A stretch of 43,881 bases of DNA. Source: Gemmatimonadaceae bacterium (GTDB lineage: Bacteria; Gemmatimonadota; Gemmatimonadetes; Gemmatimonadales; Gemmatimonadaceae). Positions 17,421 through 26,804 of the stretch are shown here, piece by piece (the first letter of the stretch is position 1; each line of letters opens with the position of its first letter). The notes beneath the pieces are model-generated. The model was not told the DNA's origin. It saw nothing but the letters and a program-made list of their open reading frames with translations, and did no database searches. The position numbers and the translations under genes are program-made. The DNA lies in the NCBI GenBank assembly GCA_035249955.1, contig DATFFQ010000039.1, positions 1 through 43,881 on the forward strand, read 5' to 3'.

Positions 17421-18272
17421 CTAGGCTCGCGAGCGCGTGACGACAGCCTCGATGAGACCGTGCGGCTCGTCGGTTGGAACGAAGATCGCATTCTCGTTCG
17501 TGAGCCCGAACGGCGCGAGGTCGACGAGCAGATGATGCTTGTTCGGCAGCGACAGGCTGATCTCGGTGATGCCCGGGCACGCGCCGAGCGCGGCCTCGGC
17601 CATGGCGTACAGTGTGTGCTGCACCGACTTGCTATCGTGCTCGGCGAATCGATCGAGCATGGCCTGGCGAGCGGCCATCCAGCAGCGGTCGTAGTCGAGC
17701 GCGGCTCCGTCGTAACGCCAGCGCGCCGAGATCGTGGTGGCCAGTAGGCGGTCGGTGGTTTCGGCGAGGGTGGTATATCGGTCGCGGGGATAGCCGGCGA
17801 AGGCGGAGTGTGCCGTCTTGAGCACGAGCAGGTCGTCCAGCCCCGCTTCGACACGCACGCCTTCGGGCCGGGCTACGACAGCCGCGATGCGGCGCTCCGC
17901 TGAGCCACGGACGAAGGCGTGCGGGTGCGGTCGCCCGCCGGCGGCGAGCCGCGACCAGTCGTGAGCCTCGATCTGGACGCTCGCGCCCGTGGGTCGTCCC
18001 GCACCGGCGAGGAAATGGCGCGCGAGCGCGATGCCGAACTCCTCCAGGCGATGCGGCTCGTGCCGCGCGGCAAACGCGTAGACGGTGTTCTTCATCGTGT
18101 CCGTCGGCAGCACCGCGCTGTTGTCGCCGTCGACGTGCGCGGCCTGGTAGTCGCCCTCGAGCTGGACGCCCACCGTGAGGTCGATGACGTCGTGCCGATC
18201 GGCGCGCCGCGTCACCTTCACCAGGCGGACGCGAGACTTGCCGTAGTTGCTGCGGGCGATTAAGGCGCTCAC
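17421..18272 (-). CDS. uox: Urate oxidase (uricase).
   Basis: YGKSRVRLVKV, LTVGVQLEGDY, DNSAVLPTDTMKNTVYAFA are classical uricase motifs. GTG start. Confidence 0.9.
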   Translation of the reverse strand: MSALIARSNYGKSRVRLVKVTRRADRHDVIDLTVGVQLEGDYQAAHVDGDNSAVLPTDTMKNTVYAFAARHEPHRLEEFGIALARHFLAGAGRPTGASVQIEAHDWSRLAAGGRPHPHAFVRGSAERRIAAVVARPEGVRVEAGLDDLLVLKTAHSAFAGYPRDRYTTLAETTDRLLATTISARWRYDGAALDYDRCWMAARQAMLDRFAEHDSKSVQHTLYAMAEAALGACPGITEISLSLPNKHHLLVDLAPFGLTNENAIFVPTDEPHGLIEAVVTRSRA

Positions 18273-18273
18273 G

Positions 18274-18615
18274 TCAGCTCCCGCGGTAGGTGGAGTAGCC
18301 GTACGGGCTCAGGAGCAGGGGGATGTGGTGGTGCCGGGTATCGCGAACCTGAAACTCGACCGTCACTTCCGGATAGAAGCTCTCGGTGCCTATCGAGGCG
18401 AAGTACGCCCCGGTGTCGAAGCGCAGGCGATAGACGCCGGGGCTGGCGAGCGCGCCGGCGTCGAGGAGATCGCGTAGGCGTCCGTCCCTGTCGGTCGCGC
18501 CACTGCCGACCACGGCCCATGTGCCGTCGCCCGCGCGTGTCTCCAGCGTCACGCGCACCCCGCTCGCCGGTCGCCCGCGAGCCGTGTCCAGCACGTGCGT
18601 GGTGATCGTGCTCAT
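18274..18615 (-). CDS. uraH: 5-hydroxyisourate hydrolase (transthyretin-like).
   Basis: MSTITTHVLDTARGRPASGVRV...YRLRFDTGAYF...YHIPLLLSPYGYSTYRGS, including the C-terminal YRGS signature. The ATG overlaps the uraD stop (ATGA). The tabulated 160-aa ORF has an artefactual N-terminal extension. Confidence 0.85.
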   Translation of the reverse strand: MSTITTHVLDTARGRPASGVRVTLETRAGDGTWAVVGSGATDRDGRLRDLLDAGALASPGVYRLRFDTGAYFASIGTESFYPEVTVEFQVRDTRHHHIPLLLSPYGYSTYRGS

Positions 18616-19118
18616 GAGCCGAAGAGGCGCTCCATCCTGAGGTGGGTGATCTTCCGCTGCTCTTCCGCGGCCGTGCGCAGCTCGGTCCGTGGATCGTTCC
18701 CGAGTCGCTGCTCGAGCACGGCGAGCAGATCCTCCGCGCTGCGGTTGGCGGCGCACACGATGTAGATGTGGCCGAAACGCTCCTCATACGCGGCGTTCCC
18801 CTTGCGCAATCGCTCCTGGACATCGGGCGCGGCGGTCGCGACGCGAGACTGCTCCTCCCCCGACCAGTCAGCCGACCGCGCGCTGGCCGGAGTGCCCGCG
18901 CGTTCGCCGATGCGCGGGTGATGACCGAATGCTTCCAGCCAATCGTCCTCGTCCAGCTGCCACCAGATCTTGTCGGCCGCGGCGCGCAGCGCGTCCAGCG
19001 AGGCGAATGGCCGGCGATCGACGACGCGGCGCGCCCATCGTTGCGAGCCGCAACAGGCCAGCAGCTCGCGAATCGCGTCCGCCGGCGGCAGCGCATTCCA
19101 CCGATCCAGGGCGATCAC
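18612..19118 (-). CDS. uraD: OHCU decarboxylase.
   Basis: LNALPPADAIRELLACCGSQRWA, FGHHPRIGE, IYIVCAANRSAEDLL. The GTG start overlaps the allantoicase stop (GTGA). Confidence 0.85.
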   Translation of the reverse strand: MIALDRWNALPPADAIRELLACCGSQRWARRVVDRRPFASLDALRAAADKIWWQLDEDDWLEAFGHHPRIGERAGTPASARSADWSGEEQSRVATAAPDVQERLRKGNAAYEERFGHIYIVCAANRSAEDLLAVLEQRLGNDPRTELRTAAEEQRKITHLRMERLFGS

Positions 19119-20122
19119 GCGCGCGGCCTGCCCGTCGTGCCGTAGAGCCGCAGCCGCGCCACGCCGCCATCGGGGAAGATGTTGAAGCGAACGTGCGTGA
19201 CAGCATCGAGGGTCTCGAGCTCGCCGAACTGATGCCGCGTGTGTGGCTGCAGGCGAGCCCTCGGCAGCAGCTCGATCCAGGTGCGCGACGAGTCGGTGAG
19301 CTCTTCCACCGACGCGCCGACCGCGTCATACCCTTCCAGCGAGCAGCTCTCCGGTGCGTTACCCTTGAAGTGATCGGTGTCCACCTCGATCCGGTGAATC
19401 ACGCCGCGTGCCCCAAGCCGGACGATGCTCCAATCGTTGCCTGGTCCCCGGCGGCGCTTCGTCTCCCAGCCGTCGCCCATGTTGAGCGCCCGGCCGGGCA
19501 TGATGAGATTGTGTCGGTGCCCGAAGAACATGTCGCTGCATGCCACGACCAAGCCGCCGTTCTCCACGGACGCGAGATCGACCTCGCCACGCGCCATCGA
19601 GAACCGGCTGGCCGGCGGCTGCACCTCCCCGAACACGCGCATCCTCGCGACGCCACCATCGGGATAGATACTGAGGCGTACGTGTGTGAAGCGATCGGGC
19701 AGCGACACCGCGAACTCGTTCCGCGCATCGCCCTCGAGCGGCGAGCGAGGGACGATGCGCGTCCACGATATCCCCTCGCCCAGCAGCTCGTCCTCACCGG
19801 ACGCACCGCTCAGCGCGCACCCCTCGATCGAGCAGTGCTCGGGGTAATTCCCCGTGAAGTAGCTCGTATCGACGACGATCCCGCGAATCACGCCCGGGAG
19901 GCCGAGCCTGACGATGCACCAATCGTGGCCCGGCGTGCGCCGGCGGCGCGTTTCCCATCCGTCCATCCACTTGCCGCGCTCCGTGTATTTCCCCTCGAGC
20001 CACACCGGCGCCGAAGCGGCGATGAGGTTCTCCTTGGGGGCGAAGAACTCATCGTTGGCGGCGAGCACCGCGCCACCCAGCCGCTCAGAGGCGAGATCGA
20101 TGAGATCGCTGAAGTGCATCAT
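19115..20122 (-). CDS. alc: Allantoicase (two tandem allantoicase repeats).
   Basis: MMHFSDLIDLASERLGGAVLAANDEFFAPKENL, then a second repeat DLASVENGGLVVACSDMFFGHRHNLI; WETRRRR and WETKRRR motifs. The ATG overlaps the allantoinase stop (ATGA). The 638-aa tabulated ORF is an upstream read-through artefact. Confidence 0.85.
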   Translation of the reverse strand: MMHFSDLIDLASERLGGAVLAANDEFFAPKENLIAASAPVWLEGKYTERGKWMDGWETRRRRTPGHDWCIVRLGLPGVIRGIVVDTSYFTGNYPEHCSIEGCALSGASGEDELLGEGISWTRIVPRSPLEGDARNEFAVSLPDRFTHVRLSIYPDGGVARMRVFGEVQPPASRFSMARGEVDLASVENGGLVVACSDMFFGHRHNLIMPGRALNMGDGWETKRRRGPGNDWSIVRLGARGVIHRIEVDTDHFKGNAPESCSLEGYDAVGASVEELTDSSRTWIELLPRARLQPHTRHQFGELETLDAVTHVRFNIFPDGGVARLRLYGTTGRPRA

Positions 20123-21480
20123 GATCGGTTGGGGATGAGGACGCGGCCGCTCGCGCCCCTGGCGAGCGTGCCGCGCTCGTAGATCTTTCGCCCACGCAGG
20201 TAGGTCGCGTCGACCACGCCCTGCAGCTCCGCGCCGGTATACGGTGTGAGCTTGTGTCGGTGCTCGAGCCGCGTGGGGTCGACGCGCAGCGTCTGCTCGG
20301 GCCACCAGGCCACGAAGTCCGCGTCGCGGCCGGCGGCGATCGTCCCCTTGCGCCCCTCGAGGCCGGCGAGCCGAGCCGGTGCCTCGCACATCCAGCCAGC
20401 AACGTCCTGGATGGCGAAGCCGCGGCGGCGAGCGCCGGTCCACGTGACGGGCAGGGACAGCTGCAGCGACGCGATGCCACCCCACGCGGAGAAAAAGTCG
20501 CCGGCCTCGCGCTGCTTCATGGCCGGCGGGCACGGCGAGTGGTCGGTCACCACCATGTCCAGCAGTCCGTCGCCGAGCCCCTGCCACAGACGCTCGCGAT
20601 TCTCGCCCTCGCGAACGGGCGGCGCGCACTTGAGCTCGGTGTGGCCGTCCTGTACCTCCTCGGCGGCGAAGTGCAGGTAGTGCGGACATGTCTCCGCCGT
20701 GACCGGCTGTCGCTCGGCGCGCGCCCGCGCGAGGAGGCTCAACGCCTCGGCGGCGGAGACGTGCACGATGTGGACGCGCGTGCCGAGCTCGCGGCAGAGG
20801 TGCAGCACGAGCCGGATCGCCTCGAGCTCCGCCTGACGAGGGCGTGAGGCGAGGTATCGCGCGTACCGCCGGCGCTCCCGCGGCTCGGTGGGAGCCGCCC
20901 CGAGCAGGTCGGGGAGCTCGGCGTGCACGAGCAGGGGGACGCCGAGCGCGGCGATTTCGCGCATGGCCGCCCGGAGATCGCGCGCCGACAGGGCCGGGAA
21001 TTCGTCGACGCCCGATGGACACAGAAAGCACTTGAAGCCGCGCGCGCCCGCGTCGCGCAGCGCCTCCAGGTCGCTCGTGTTGCCGGGGACGGCGCCGCCC
21101 CAGAACGCCACGTCCACCACACAGCGTTCCGCCGCAGCGGCCGTCTTGAGGCGCAGCGCGTCGACGCAGGTCGTCGCCGGGATGCTGTTCAGCGGCATGT
21201 CGACGAGCGTGGTGACACCGCCGGCGGCCGCCGCGCGGGTGACGGTGTCGAATCCCTCCCAGTCGGCACGCCCTGGATCGTTGATGTGCACGTGGGTATC
21301 GACGAGCCCGGACATCAGCACCGCGTCGCCGACGTCCTCGAGGGGCACGCCGGAGGGAAGGTCGTCGAAGCTGGAGAGCGCGACGATCGTTCCATCATGC
21401 ACGTGCACGGTCGCCGGACGAAGCGCTCCGTCGGCGAGCACGCGCCGTCCACGCACGACGACATCAGGAGGTCGCGGCAC
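20119..21480 (-). CDS. allB: Allantoinase (cyclic amidohydrolase).
   Basis: GLVDTHVHINDPGR, FKCFL, HAE, VTAETCPHYL, DHSP and GRDADFV are metal-dependent hydantoinase/allantoinase motifs. GTG start. Confidence 0.85.
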   Translation of the reverse strand: MPRPPDVVVRGRRVLADGALRPATVHVHDGTIVALSSFDDLPSGVPLEDVGDAVLMSGLVDTHVHINDPGRADWEGFDTVTRAAAAGGVTTLVDMPLNSIPATTCVDALRLKTAAAAERCVVDVAFWGGAVPGNTSDLEALRDAGARGFKCFLCPSGVDEFPALSARDLRAAMREIAALGVPLLVHAELPDLLGAAPTEPRERRRYARYLASRPRQAELEAIRLVLHLCRELGTRVHIVHVSAAEALSLLARARAERQPVTAETCPHYLHFAAEEVQDGHTELKCAPPVREGENRERLWQGLGDGLLDMVVTDHSPCPPAMKQREAGDFFSAWGGIASLQLSLPVTWTGARRRGFAIQDVAGWMCEAPARLAGLEGRKGTIAAGRDADFVAWWPEQTLRVDPTRLEHRHKLTPYTGAELQGVVDATYLRGRKIYERGTLARGASGRVLIPNRS

Positions 21481-22300
21481 GCGCCGTATCGCTCAGAAAG
21501 CGCTCGAGCAGGTTACCTGCCACTCGGCGCCGATAGCGTGCCGTCGAGCGGAGGTCGTCGATCGGCGCGATCTCCGCCTCGAGCTCGGCGCGCGCGTCTT
21601 CCAGGCTTGCACCGGCGGCGAGCGCGCGCTCCGTGCGCACGAGCCTGACGACCGTCGGCGCGACGCTGCCGATCGCGAGCCTCGGCGCCGGTGCGCGCAC
21701 GCCGGCGATCACGATCTTGGAGATCGCTTGCGCGGCCCTCGTGCCCACCTTCCGGAACCACTGTGAGCCGGGCACCGGGGGCACGTCGACGGCCACGATC
21801 AGCTCGTGAGGCCGCATCACCGTGCGCCGGTAGCCGGTATAGAAGGACGTGAACGGCACGGACCGTTCGTCGTCCGCGCTCCGCAGCACGACTGTCGCCT
21901 CGGCCACCGCGAGGACCGGAAGCGTATCACCGGCCGGAGACGCGTTGGCAATGTTACCGCCGAGCGTCCCGCGATTCTGGATCTGCACCCCGCCGATCAC
22001 GCTCGCGGCCTCGACGAGCATGGGCAAGCGCCGGCGCACCGTCGTCGACCGAATGAGGTCGGTGTACGTGGCCAGCGCGCCGATGGTCACCGCGCCGTTT
22101 CTCGTCCTGATGCCGCGCAGCTCGTCGAGCGGCCAGAGGTCGATGAAGCGGCTGGCGGCGAGCGTGCCGGCGTTCAGCGATACATAGACGTCTGTGGTTC
22201 CGGCGATCGGCACGAGCTCGGGATCGTCCCGGAGCATGGAGAGCGCCTCCCGCAGGGTCCGCGGCCGCCGCAGCTCGAGATGAGATACCGAGCCCCTCAT
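21464..22300 (-). CDS. xdhB: Xanthine dehydrogenase family, FAD-binding subunit.
   Basis: From MRGSVSHLELRRPRTLREALSML... with IAGTTD, RNGAVTIGALATYTDL, GTLGGNIANASPAGD (the FAD_binding_5 / CO-dehydrogenase flavoprotein pattern). The ATG overlaps the FeS subunit stop (ATGA), derived from the ORF-table frame. My own nucleotide indexing in this line was off by 1, so coordinates are +/-1. Confidence 0.8.
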   Translation of the reverse strand: MRGSVSHLELRRPRTLREALSMLRDDPELVPIAGTTDVYVSLNAGTLAASRFIDLWPLDELRGIRTRNGAVTIGALATYTDLIRSTTVRRRLPMLVEAASVIGGVQIQNRGTLGGNIANASPAGDTLPVLAVAEATVVLRSADDERSVPFTSFYTGYRRTVMRPHELIVAVDVPPVPGSQWFRKVGTRAAQAISKIVIAGVRAPAPRLAIGSVAPTVVRLVRTERALAAGASLEDARAELEAEIAPIDDLRSTARYRRRVAGNLLERFLSDTARAATS

Positions 22301-22719
22301 GCTTTCCGGATCGCGCGATAGATCGCCTCGTACCCGGTGCAGCGACAGAGATTGCCGGCGAGCCCGTCCCGGATACGGCGCATCGATGGCTTGGGACCGA
22401 GCGCCAGCGCGGCCATGATCATCCCCGGCGTGCAGATGCCGCACTGCGCACCACCCTCCTCGGCAAACGCGCGCTGCAACGGGTGCTGGCCCTGCAGACC
22501 TTCGATCGTCAGCACGTCGGTGCCCTCCACGTGCGCAAACGGAACCAGACAGGAGACCACGGGCGCACCGTTCACGAGCACGGTGCACGCGCCACACTCT
22601 CCTTCGCCGCACCCTTCCTTCGTCCCATACAGCCCGCACTCCTCCCGCAGCACGTCGAGCAGGCGCTTCATCGGGTGCGCGCTCACCTCCACCTGCGCGC
22701 CATTCAACCTGAGCCGCAC
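22297..22719 (-). CDS. xdhC: Xanthine dehydrogenase family, [2Fe-2S] small subunit.
   Basis: CGEGECGACTV (plant-type ferredoxin cluster) and QCGICTPGM...CRCTGY (second cluster). 140 aa, GTG start. Confidence 0.9.
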   Translation of the reverse strand: MRLRLNGAQVEVSAHPMKRLLDVLREECGLYGTKEGCGEGECGACTVLVNGAPVVSCLVPFAHVEGTDVLTIEGLQGQHPLQRAFAEEGGAQCGICTPGMIMAALALGPKPSMRRIRDGLAGNLCRCTGYEAIYRAIRKA

Positions 22720-24812
22720 ACCACCTCCATGATGTGCTCGGGCAGTGCGGGAATCTCGCGCACGTCGAGCGCGAGATGCCGAATGGCGTTCACGACGGCG
22801 GGTGCCGGTCCATCGATGGGCATCTCGCCCACGCCCTTGGCGCCGTACGGGCCATGGCGCGATGGCTTCTCCAGAATCACCACGTCCATCTGCGGCGTGT
22901 CGAGCGTCGTCGGGATGATGTAGTTGGTGAGCTGGGCGTTGGCCATCGCGCCGTCGCGCATCGCGACGTGCTCGATGAGCGCATAGCCGACACCTTGCGA
23001 GGTGCCACCTTCGATCTGACCGGCCACCAGCGATGGATGGATCGCCTTGCCGATCTCCTGCACCGTCGTGATCCGGAGCGGGCGGATCTCATAGGTATCC
23101 GGGTCCATCTGTACTTCGGCGACGTCGCACCCCCACCCGTAGGCGGCGTACGCGTCGCCTGTATAGCCGGCGTCGTCCCACCGCACATCCTCGGGCTTCT
23201 CGTACTGCTTGATGATCACGAGTGGCCCGTGTGCTTTCCAATAGTCCGCAGGGGAGAGGCCGCCGAGGCGTTCCCGCATCTCCTCGGCGCAGCGTTGGAG
23301 GATACGGCCCACCACCATGCACGTGCGCGACGCCACCGTGGGGCCACTGTCCGGGACTACCGCGGTGTCGGGCTGCGCCGTATGCACGGACTCGTACGGG
23401 ATGCCGAGGGTGTCGGCCACGATCTGCGCATGCATGGTGCGCGTGCCCTGTCCGATCTCCGTGCTGGCGACGAGGATCTGAACACCGCGCTCGGTGAGCT
23501 GCAGCGCGGCTTTCGACGCGAGGTGCACTTCGCCGCTCCCCGTGAATCCCGAGCCGTGGAAGAAGAGCGACACGCCGATGCCGCGGTTGGTGCCGGCGTA
23601 CGCGTGCCGCTTTCGGGCGTAGTCCGACCGCCGCACCGCTTCCTGCAGCACCTCGAGCGCGCTGCAGTCGAGATCCATGACCTGACCGGTCGCCGTCGTG
23701 TCGCCCGGCCGTAGCGCGTTGAGCTCGCGCAGGCGCACCGGATCGATCCCCAGACGCTCGGCAATGCGCTCCATGTGCACTTCCATGGCGAACTGCGTTT
23801 GTGGAGCGCCGAATCCGCGAAAGGCGCCGTTGGGCGGCGTGTTGGTCATCACCGTCCGGCCGTCGATCCGGACATGATCGCACCGGTATGGGCCGGCAGC
23901 GTGAATGGCGCCACGCGAGAGCACGACCGGGCTCAGCGTGACGTACGCACCGCCGTCGAGGATGATCTCGATCTCCATTGCCAGCAGGCGGCCGTCGTGG
24001 TCCACACCCGTGCGATGCCGAACGATCGATGGGTGCCGCTTGGTCGTCGCCAGCATGTCCTCGGCGCGATCGTAGACGATCTTGACCGGCCGCCCCGCCT
24101 TGAGAGCCAGCACGGCGGCGTGTCCGGCGATGACCGATGGATACTCCTCCTTGCCGCCGAATCCACCGCCGGTTTCCGTCTGGACGATGCGCACGACTTC
24201 CGCCGGAAGGCCGAGCAACACCGTCAGCGCTTTCTGTACGTAGTACGGGCACTGGAGCGACCCGTAGAGCGTGATCCCGCCCTTCTCCGGCACGGCGATC
24301 ACGCCGTTCGTCTCGATGTAGACGTGCTCCTGATGCCCGGTCCGATACTCGCCGTCGACGATCACCGGGGCGCGGGCCATGGCGTCGCGCACGTCACCCT
24401 TGTCGATGCGAAGCGATTTGTGGATGACGTCCGATGCGAGTGGATCGAGGACAGGCGTGGCGGTCTCGTAGTCGATCTCCACCTGGGCGGCGCGCAGCAC
24501 GTCTCGGTCTTCGTGCGCGAGGAGGAGGATCGGCTCGGCGGTGTGGCGGACCTCGTGCTCGGCGAGGCAGGGTTGGTCGTCTTCGATCAGCGCGACGATG
24601 TTGCGTCCCGGCACGTCGCGAGCGCCGGCGACGACGAAGCCTCGCTGCTCCAGCTGATGGCGAACGGCGAGGATGCGGCCGCGGGGGATCGTCGAGCGAA
24701 TCGTCCGGCCGTGCAGGAGTCCGCGAAAGGAAAGGTCATCGATGTAGCGCGCGGTCCCCGTCACCTTGGCCATACCATCTTTGCGCGTGACGGACTGCCC
24801 GACGGATTGCAT
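22704..24812 (-). CDS. xdhA: Xanthine dehydrogenase family, molybdopterin-binding large subunit.
   Basis: From MQSVGQSVTRKDGMAKVTGTARYIDD (the conserved N-terminus of Mo-hydroxylase large subunits), with GGGFGGK, RHPS and the aldehyde-oxidase/xanthine-dehydrogenase a/b hammerhead plus Mo-binding regions. The first roughly 117 aa of the tabulated ORF is a low-complexity R/H-rich artefact. Confidence 0.85.
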   Translation of the reverse strand: MQSVGQSVTRKDGMAKVTGTARYIDDLSFRGLLHGRTIRSTIPRGRILAVRHQLEQRGFVVAGARDVPGRNIVALIEDDQPCLAEHEVRHTAEPILLLAHEDRDVLRAAQVEIDYETATPVLDPLASDVIHKSLRIDKGDVRDAMARAPVIVDGEYRTGHQEHVYIETNGVIAVPEKGGITLYGSLQCPYYVQKALTVLLGLPAEVVRIVQTETGGGFGGKEEYPSVIAGHAAVLALKAGRPVKIVYDRAEDMLATTKRHPSIVRHRTGVDHDGRLLAMEIEIILDGGAYVTLSPVVLSRGAIHAAGPYRCDHVRIDGRTVMTNTPPNGAFRGFGAPQTQFAMEVHMERIAERLGIDPVRLRELNALRPGDTTATGQVMDLDCSALEVLQEAVRRSDYARKRHAYAGTNRGIGVSLFFHGSGFTGSGEVHLASKAALQLTERGVQILVASTEIGQGTRTMHAQIVADTLGIPYESVHTAQPDTAVVPDSGPTVASRTCMVVGRILQRCAEEMRERLGGLSPADYWKAHGPLVIIKQYEKPEDVRWDDAGYTGDAYAAYGWGCDVAEVQMDPDTYEIRPLRITTVQEIGKAIHPSLVAGQIEGGTSQGVGYALIEHVAMRDGAMANAQLTNYIIPTTLDTPQMDVVILEKPSRHGPYGAKGVGEMPIDGPAPAVVNAIRHLALDVREIPALPEHIMEVVCGSG

Positions 24813-24832
24813 CGGGCGAAAATGCAATGCGC

Positions 24833-26080
24833 TCAGGCGTCGGGCAAGCTGACACCGGGATGTGGAAGTCCCCATCCGAGTGCGCGGTCGGCGCGGAACG
24901 CGACCGGCATGGGTGGCGCGCCGGCGGGACCATCGATGATCGACAGCGCGGCCACGTCTACGACATCGGCACGGACATCGGGAAGCACAGCGAAGGGATC
25001 GTTCACGCTCCGCGGATCCATGTGCACCCAGTTGGTGAGCATGATCACGAACATCTCTCGCTCGGGATCGATCCACAGCGATGTGCCGGTGAAGCCGGTG
25101 TGTCCGTAGGCGCTCGCGCTCAGGTTGTGGCCGCAGCTTCCGGCGCCCTCGCACATCTCCCACCCCAGGCCGCGTGAGCCGGCCGCGCGCCTGGTGAAGA
25201 GCGCGACGGTGGAGTCGCTGACGATGCGCACGCCGTTGTACTCGCCGCCGTTGAGCATCATTTGGGCGAAGATCGACAGATCCGCTGCGGTGCTGAAGAG
25301 CCCGGCGTGGCCGGCCACGCCGCCCAGCACGTAGGCGTTCTCATCGTGCACCTCGCCCCGCAGTGGATAGCCGCGCGGCGGCGCCACCTCGGTGGGCGGA
25401 ATGCGCGAGCGCAGCGCCACCGCCGGACGGAACGTCGTGCTGCGCATGCCGAGCCGGCGGAAGACGTGTCGCATCACGAAGTCGTCGAGCGGCTCCTTGG
25501 ACACCGCTTCGACGACGAAGCCGAGGATGTCGGGGCCGACGTCGGAGTAGAGCTGCCGGCTGCCGGGTGTACTGACGAGCGGTGTGGCGAGCACCATGCT
25601 GCGCGCCTCGCGAGCGGACCGAGCGCGCCGCCACACATCGCGACCGGCCGGCAAGCCACCGCGATGCGCGAGCAGCTGCCGGATGGTCACCCGCGCCTTC
25701 TGCCCGCCGGCGAACGCCGGCAGGTATCTGGCGATCGGATCGTCGAGGGAGAGCTTCCCGGCATCGTACAGGATCATGATCGCCGTCGTCGTGGCGACGA
25801 CCTTGGTGAGCGATGCGAGGTCGTACATCGTCGTGCGCGGATCGACCACCCTGCTGTCCTCGCGCCAATCGAAGCGCCCGAAGCCGCGCTGCCACACGAT
25901 CGCTCCGCGCCGTCCGATGACGACGCTCGCGCCCGGGAACCCGTGTGCGGCCACGCCACGACGCACGACCCGGTCGATGACGGCCAGGCGCTCGGCCGAC
26001 ATGCCGACTTCCTGTGGGGCGCGAACCGGGAGGCCGTCATCGACGGCGGCGAGGACTATGGCGATGACGATGGGAAGCAA
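24833..26080 (-). CDS. Beta-lactamase-family serine hydrolase with an N-terminal signal anchor (penicillin-binding-protein / esterase class).
   Basis: DLASLTKVVATT is the S-x-x-K active-site motif. HTGFTGTSLWIDP is the KTG-like box. The preferred start is TTG, preceded by AGGAG plus 6 nt (MLPIVIAIVLAAV...). The alternative GTG at 26170 has no SD. Confidence 0.65.
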   Translation of the reverse strand: MLPIVIAIVLAAVDDGLPVRAPQEVGMSAERLAVIDRVVRRGVAAHGFPGASVVIGRRGAIVWQRGFGRFDWREDSRVVDPRTTMYDLASLTKVVATTTAIMILYDAGKLSLDDPIARYLPAFAGGQKARVTIRQLLAHRGGLPAGRDVWRRARSAREARSMVLATPLVSTPGSRQLYSDVGPDILGFVVEAVSKEPLDDFVMRHVFRRLGMRSTTFRPAVALRSRIPPTEVAPPRGYPLRGEVHDENAYVLGGVAGHAGLFSTAADLSIFAQMMLNGGEYNGVRIVSDSTVALFTRRAAGSRGLGWEMCEGAGSCGHNLSASAYGHTGFTGTSLWIDPEREMFVIMLTNWVHMDPRSVNDPFAVLPDVRADVVDVAALSIIDGPAGAPPMPVAFRADRALGWGLPHPGVSLPDA

Positions 26081-26291
26081 CGGCGACTCCTGAGGGGCGG
26101 TACGATCAGGCGGGAGTGGCGCTGCGAAGCGTCCAGCCACGACGCTCGTGGTACCCCTCAGACGATCCACAAGTGCCCCGCGGAACGGCTGACCGACATC
26201 GCGCGACCGTTCGACGAGAGGCTGTCAGCAATGTAGCATGGGGGAGCGGGAGGTGTATCGGGACACCATCGGGGCGACGGGACAATCATCC

Positions 26292-26804
26292 ATGAGCGAG
26301 GCCACCGCGCTGCAAACCGGAACCACCGAACCGCTGCCCGCGGACCTGGAGCGGCTCGACCATCGTGTCGTGCGCCTGTGGCGGATGTCGCTCGCGATCT
26401 GGTCGGCGATTTTCCTGTCCGTGTCCCTCGTGCTCGGCATCGTGACGGGTCGCGTTCCAGCGCTCGGACTCGTCACGCTCGCGATGACGGTTGTGGCCGC
26501 GGTGATCGTCGTCCGTTGGCCGGCGGTGCGCTTCGAGGGGTGGGGCTACGTCGTTCGTGAGTCCGACGTCGTGCTGCGGCGCGGCGTCTGGTGGACGATG
26601 GTGAGCATCGTGCCGCACGCGCGCATCCAGCACGTCGATACGCGGCGTGGTCCCCTGGAGCGGGCGCTGCGGCTCGCGTCGGTGACGATCCACACGGCGG
26701 GGAGTACCGGCGCCACGCTCACCATTCCCGGGCTCGACGCGGCGCAGGCGGAGCAGCTGCGCGACCGGCTGGCGGCGCTCAGTGGAGCCAGCGATGCCGT
26801 CTGA
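26292..26804 (+). CDS. YdbS-like bPH_2 (DUF304) membrane protein.
   Basis: Two TM helices followed by a bacterial PH-like domain: RFEGWGYVVRESDVVLRRGVWWTMVSIVPHARIQHVDTRRGPLER. It is paired with the downstream YdbT-like gene; the two genes overlap. Confidence 0.6.
   Translation: MSEATALQTGTTEPLPADLERLDHRVVRLWRMSLAIWSAIFLSVSLVLGIVTGRVPALGLVTLAMTVVAAVIVVRWPAVRFEGWGYVVRESDVVLRRGVWWTMVSIVPHARIQHVDTRRGPLERALRLASVTIHTAGSTGATLTIPGLDAAQAEQLRDRLAALSGASDAV

Noticed and set aside
19115-21031. 638-aa reading of the allantoicase ORF
   Set aside because: The N-terminal roughly 300 aa are R/A/G/P low-complexity and overlap the allantoinase gene in another frame. The true allantoicase begins at MMHFSDLIDLAS (20122).
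24813-25163. 117-aa N-terminal extension of the XDH Mo subunit ORF
   Set aside because: R/H/C-rich junk preceding the conserved Mo-subunit N-terminus MQSVGQSVTRKDG.
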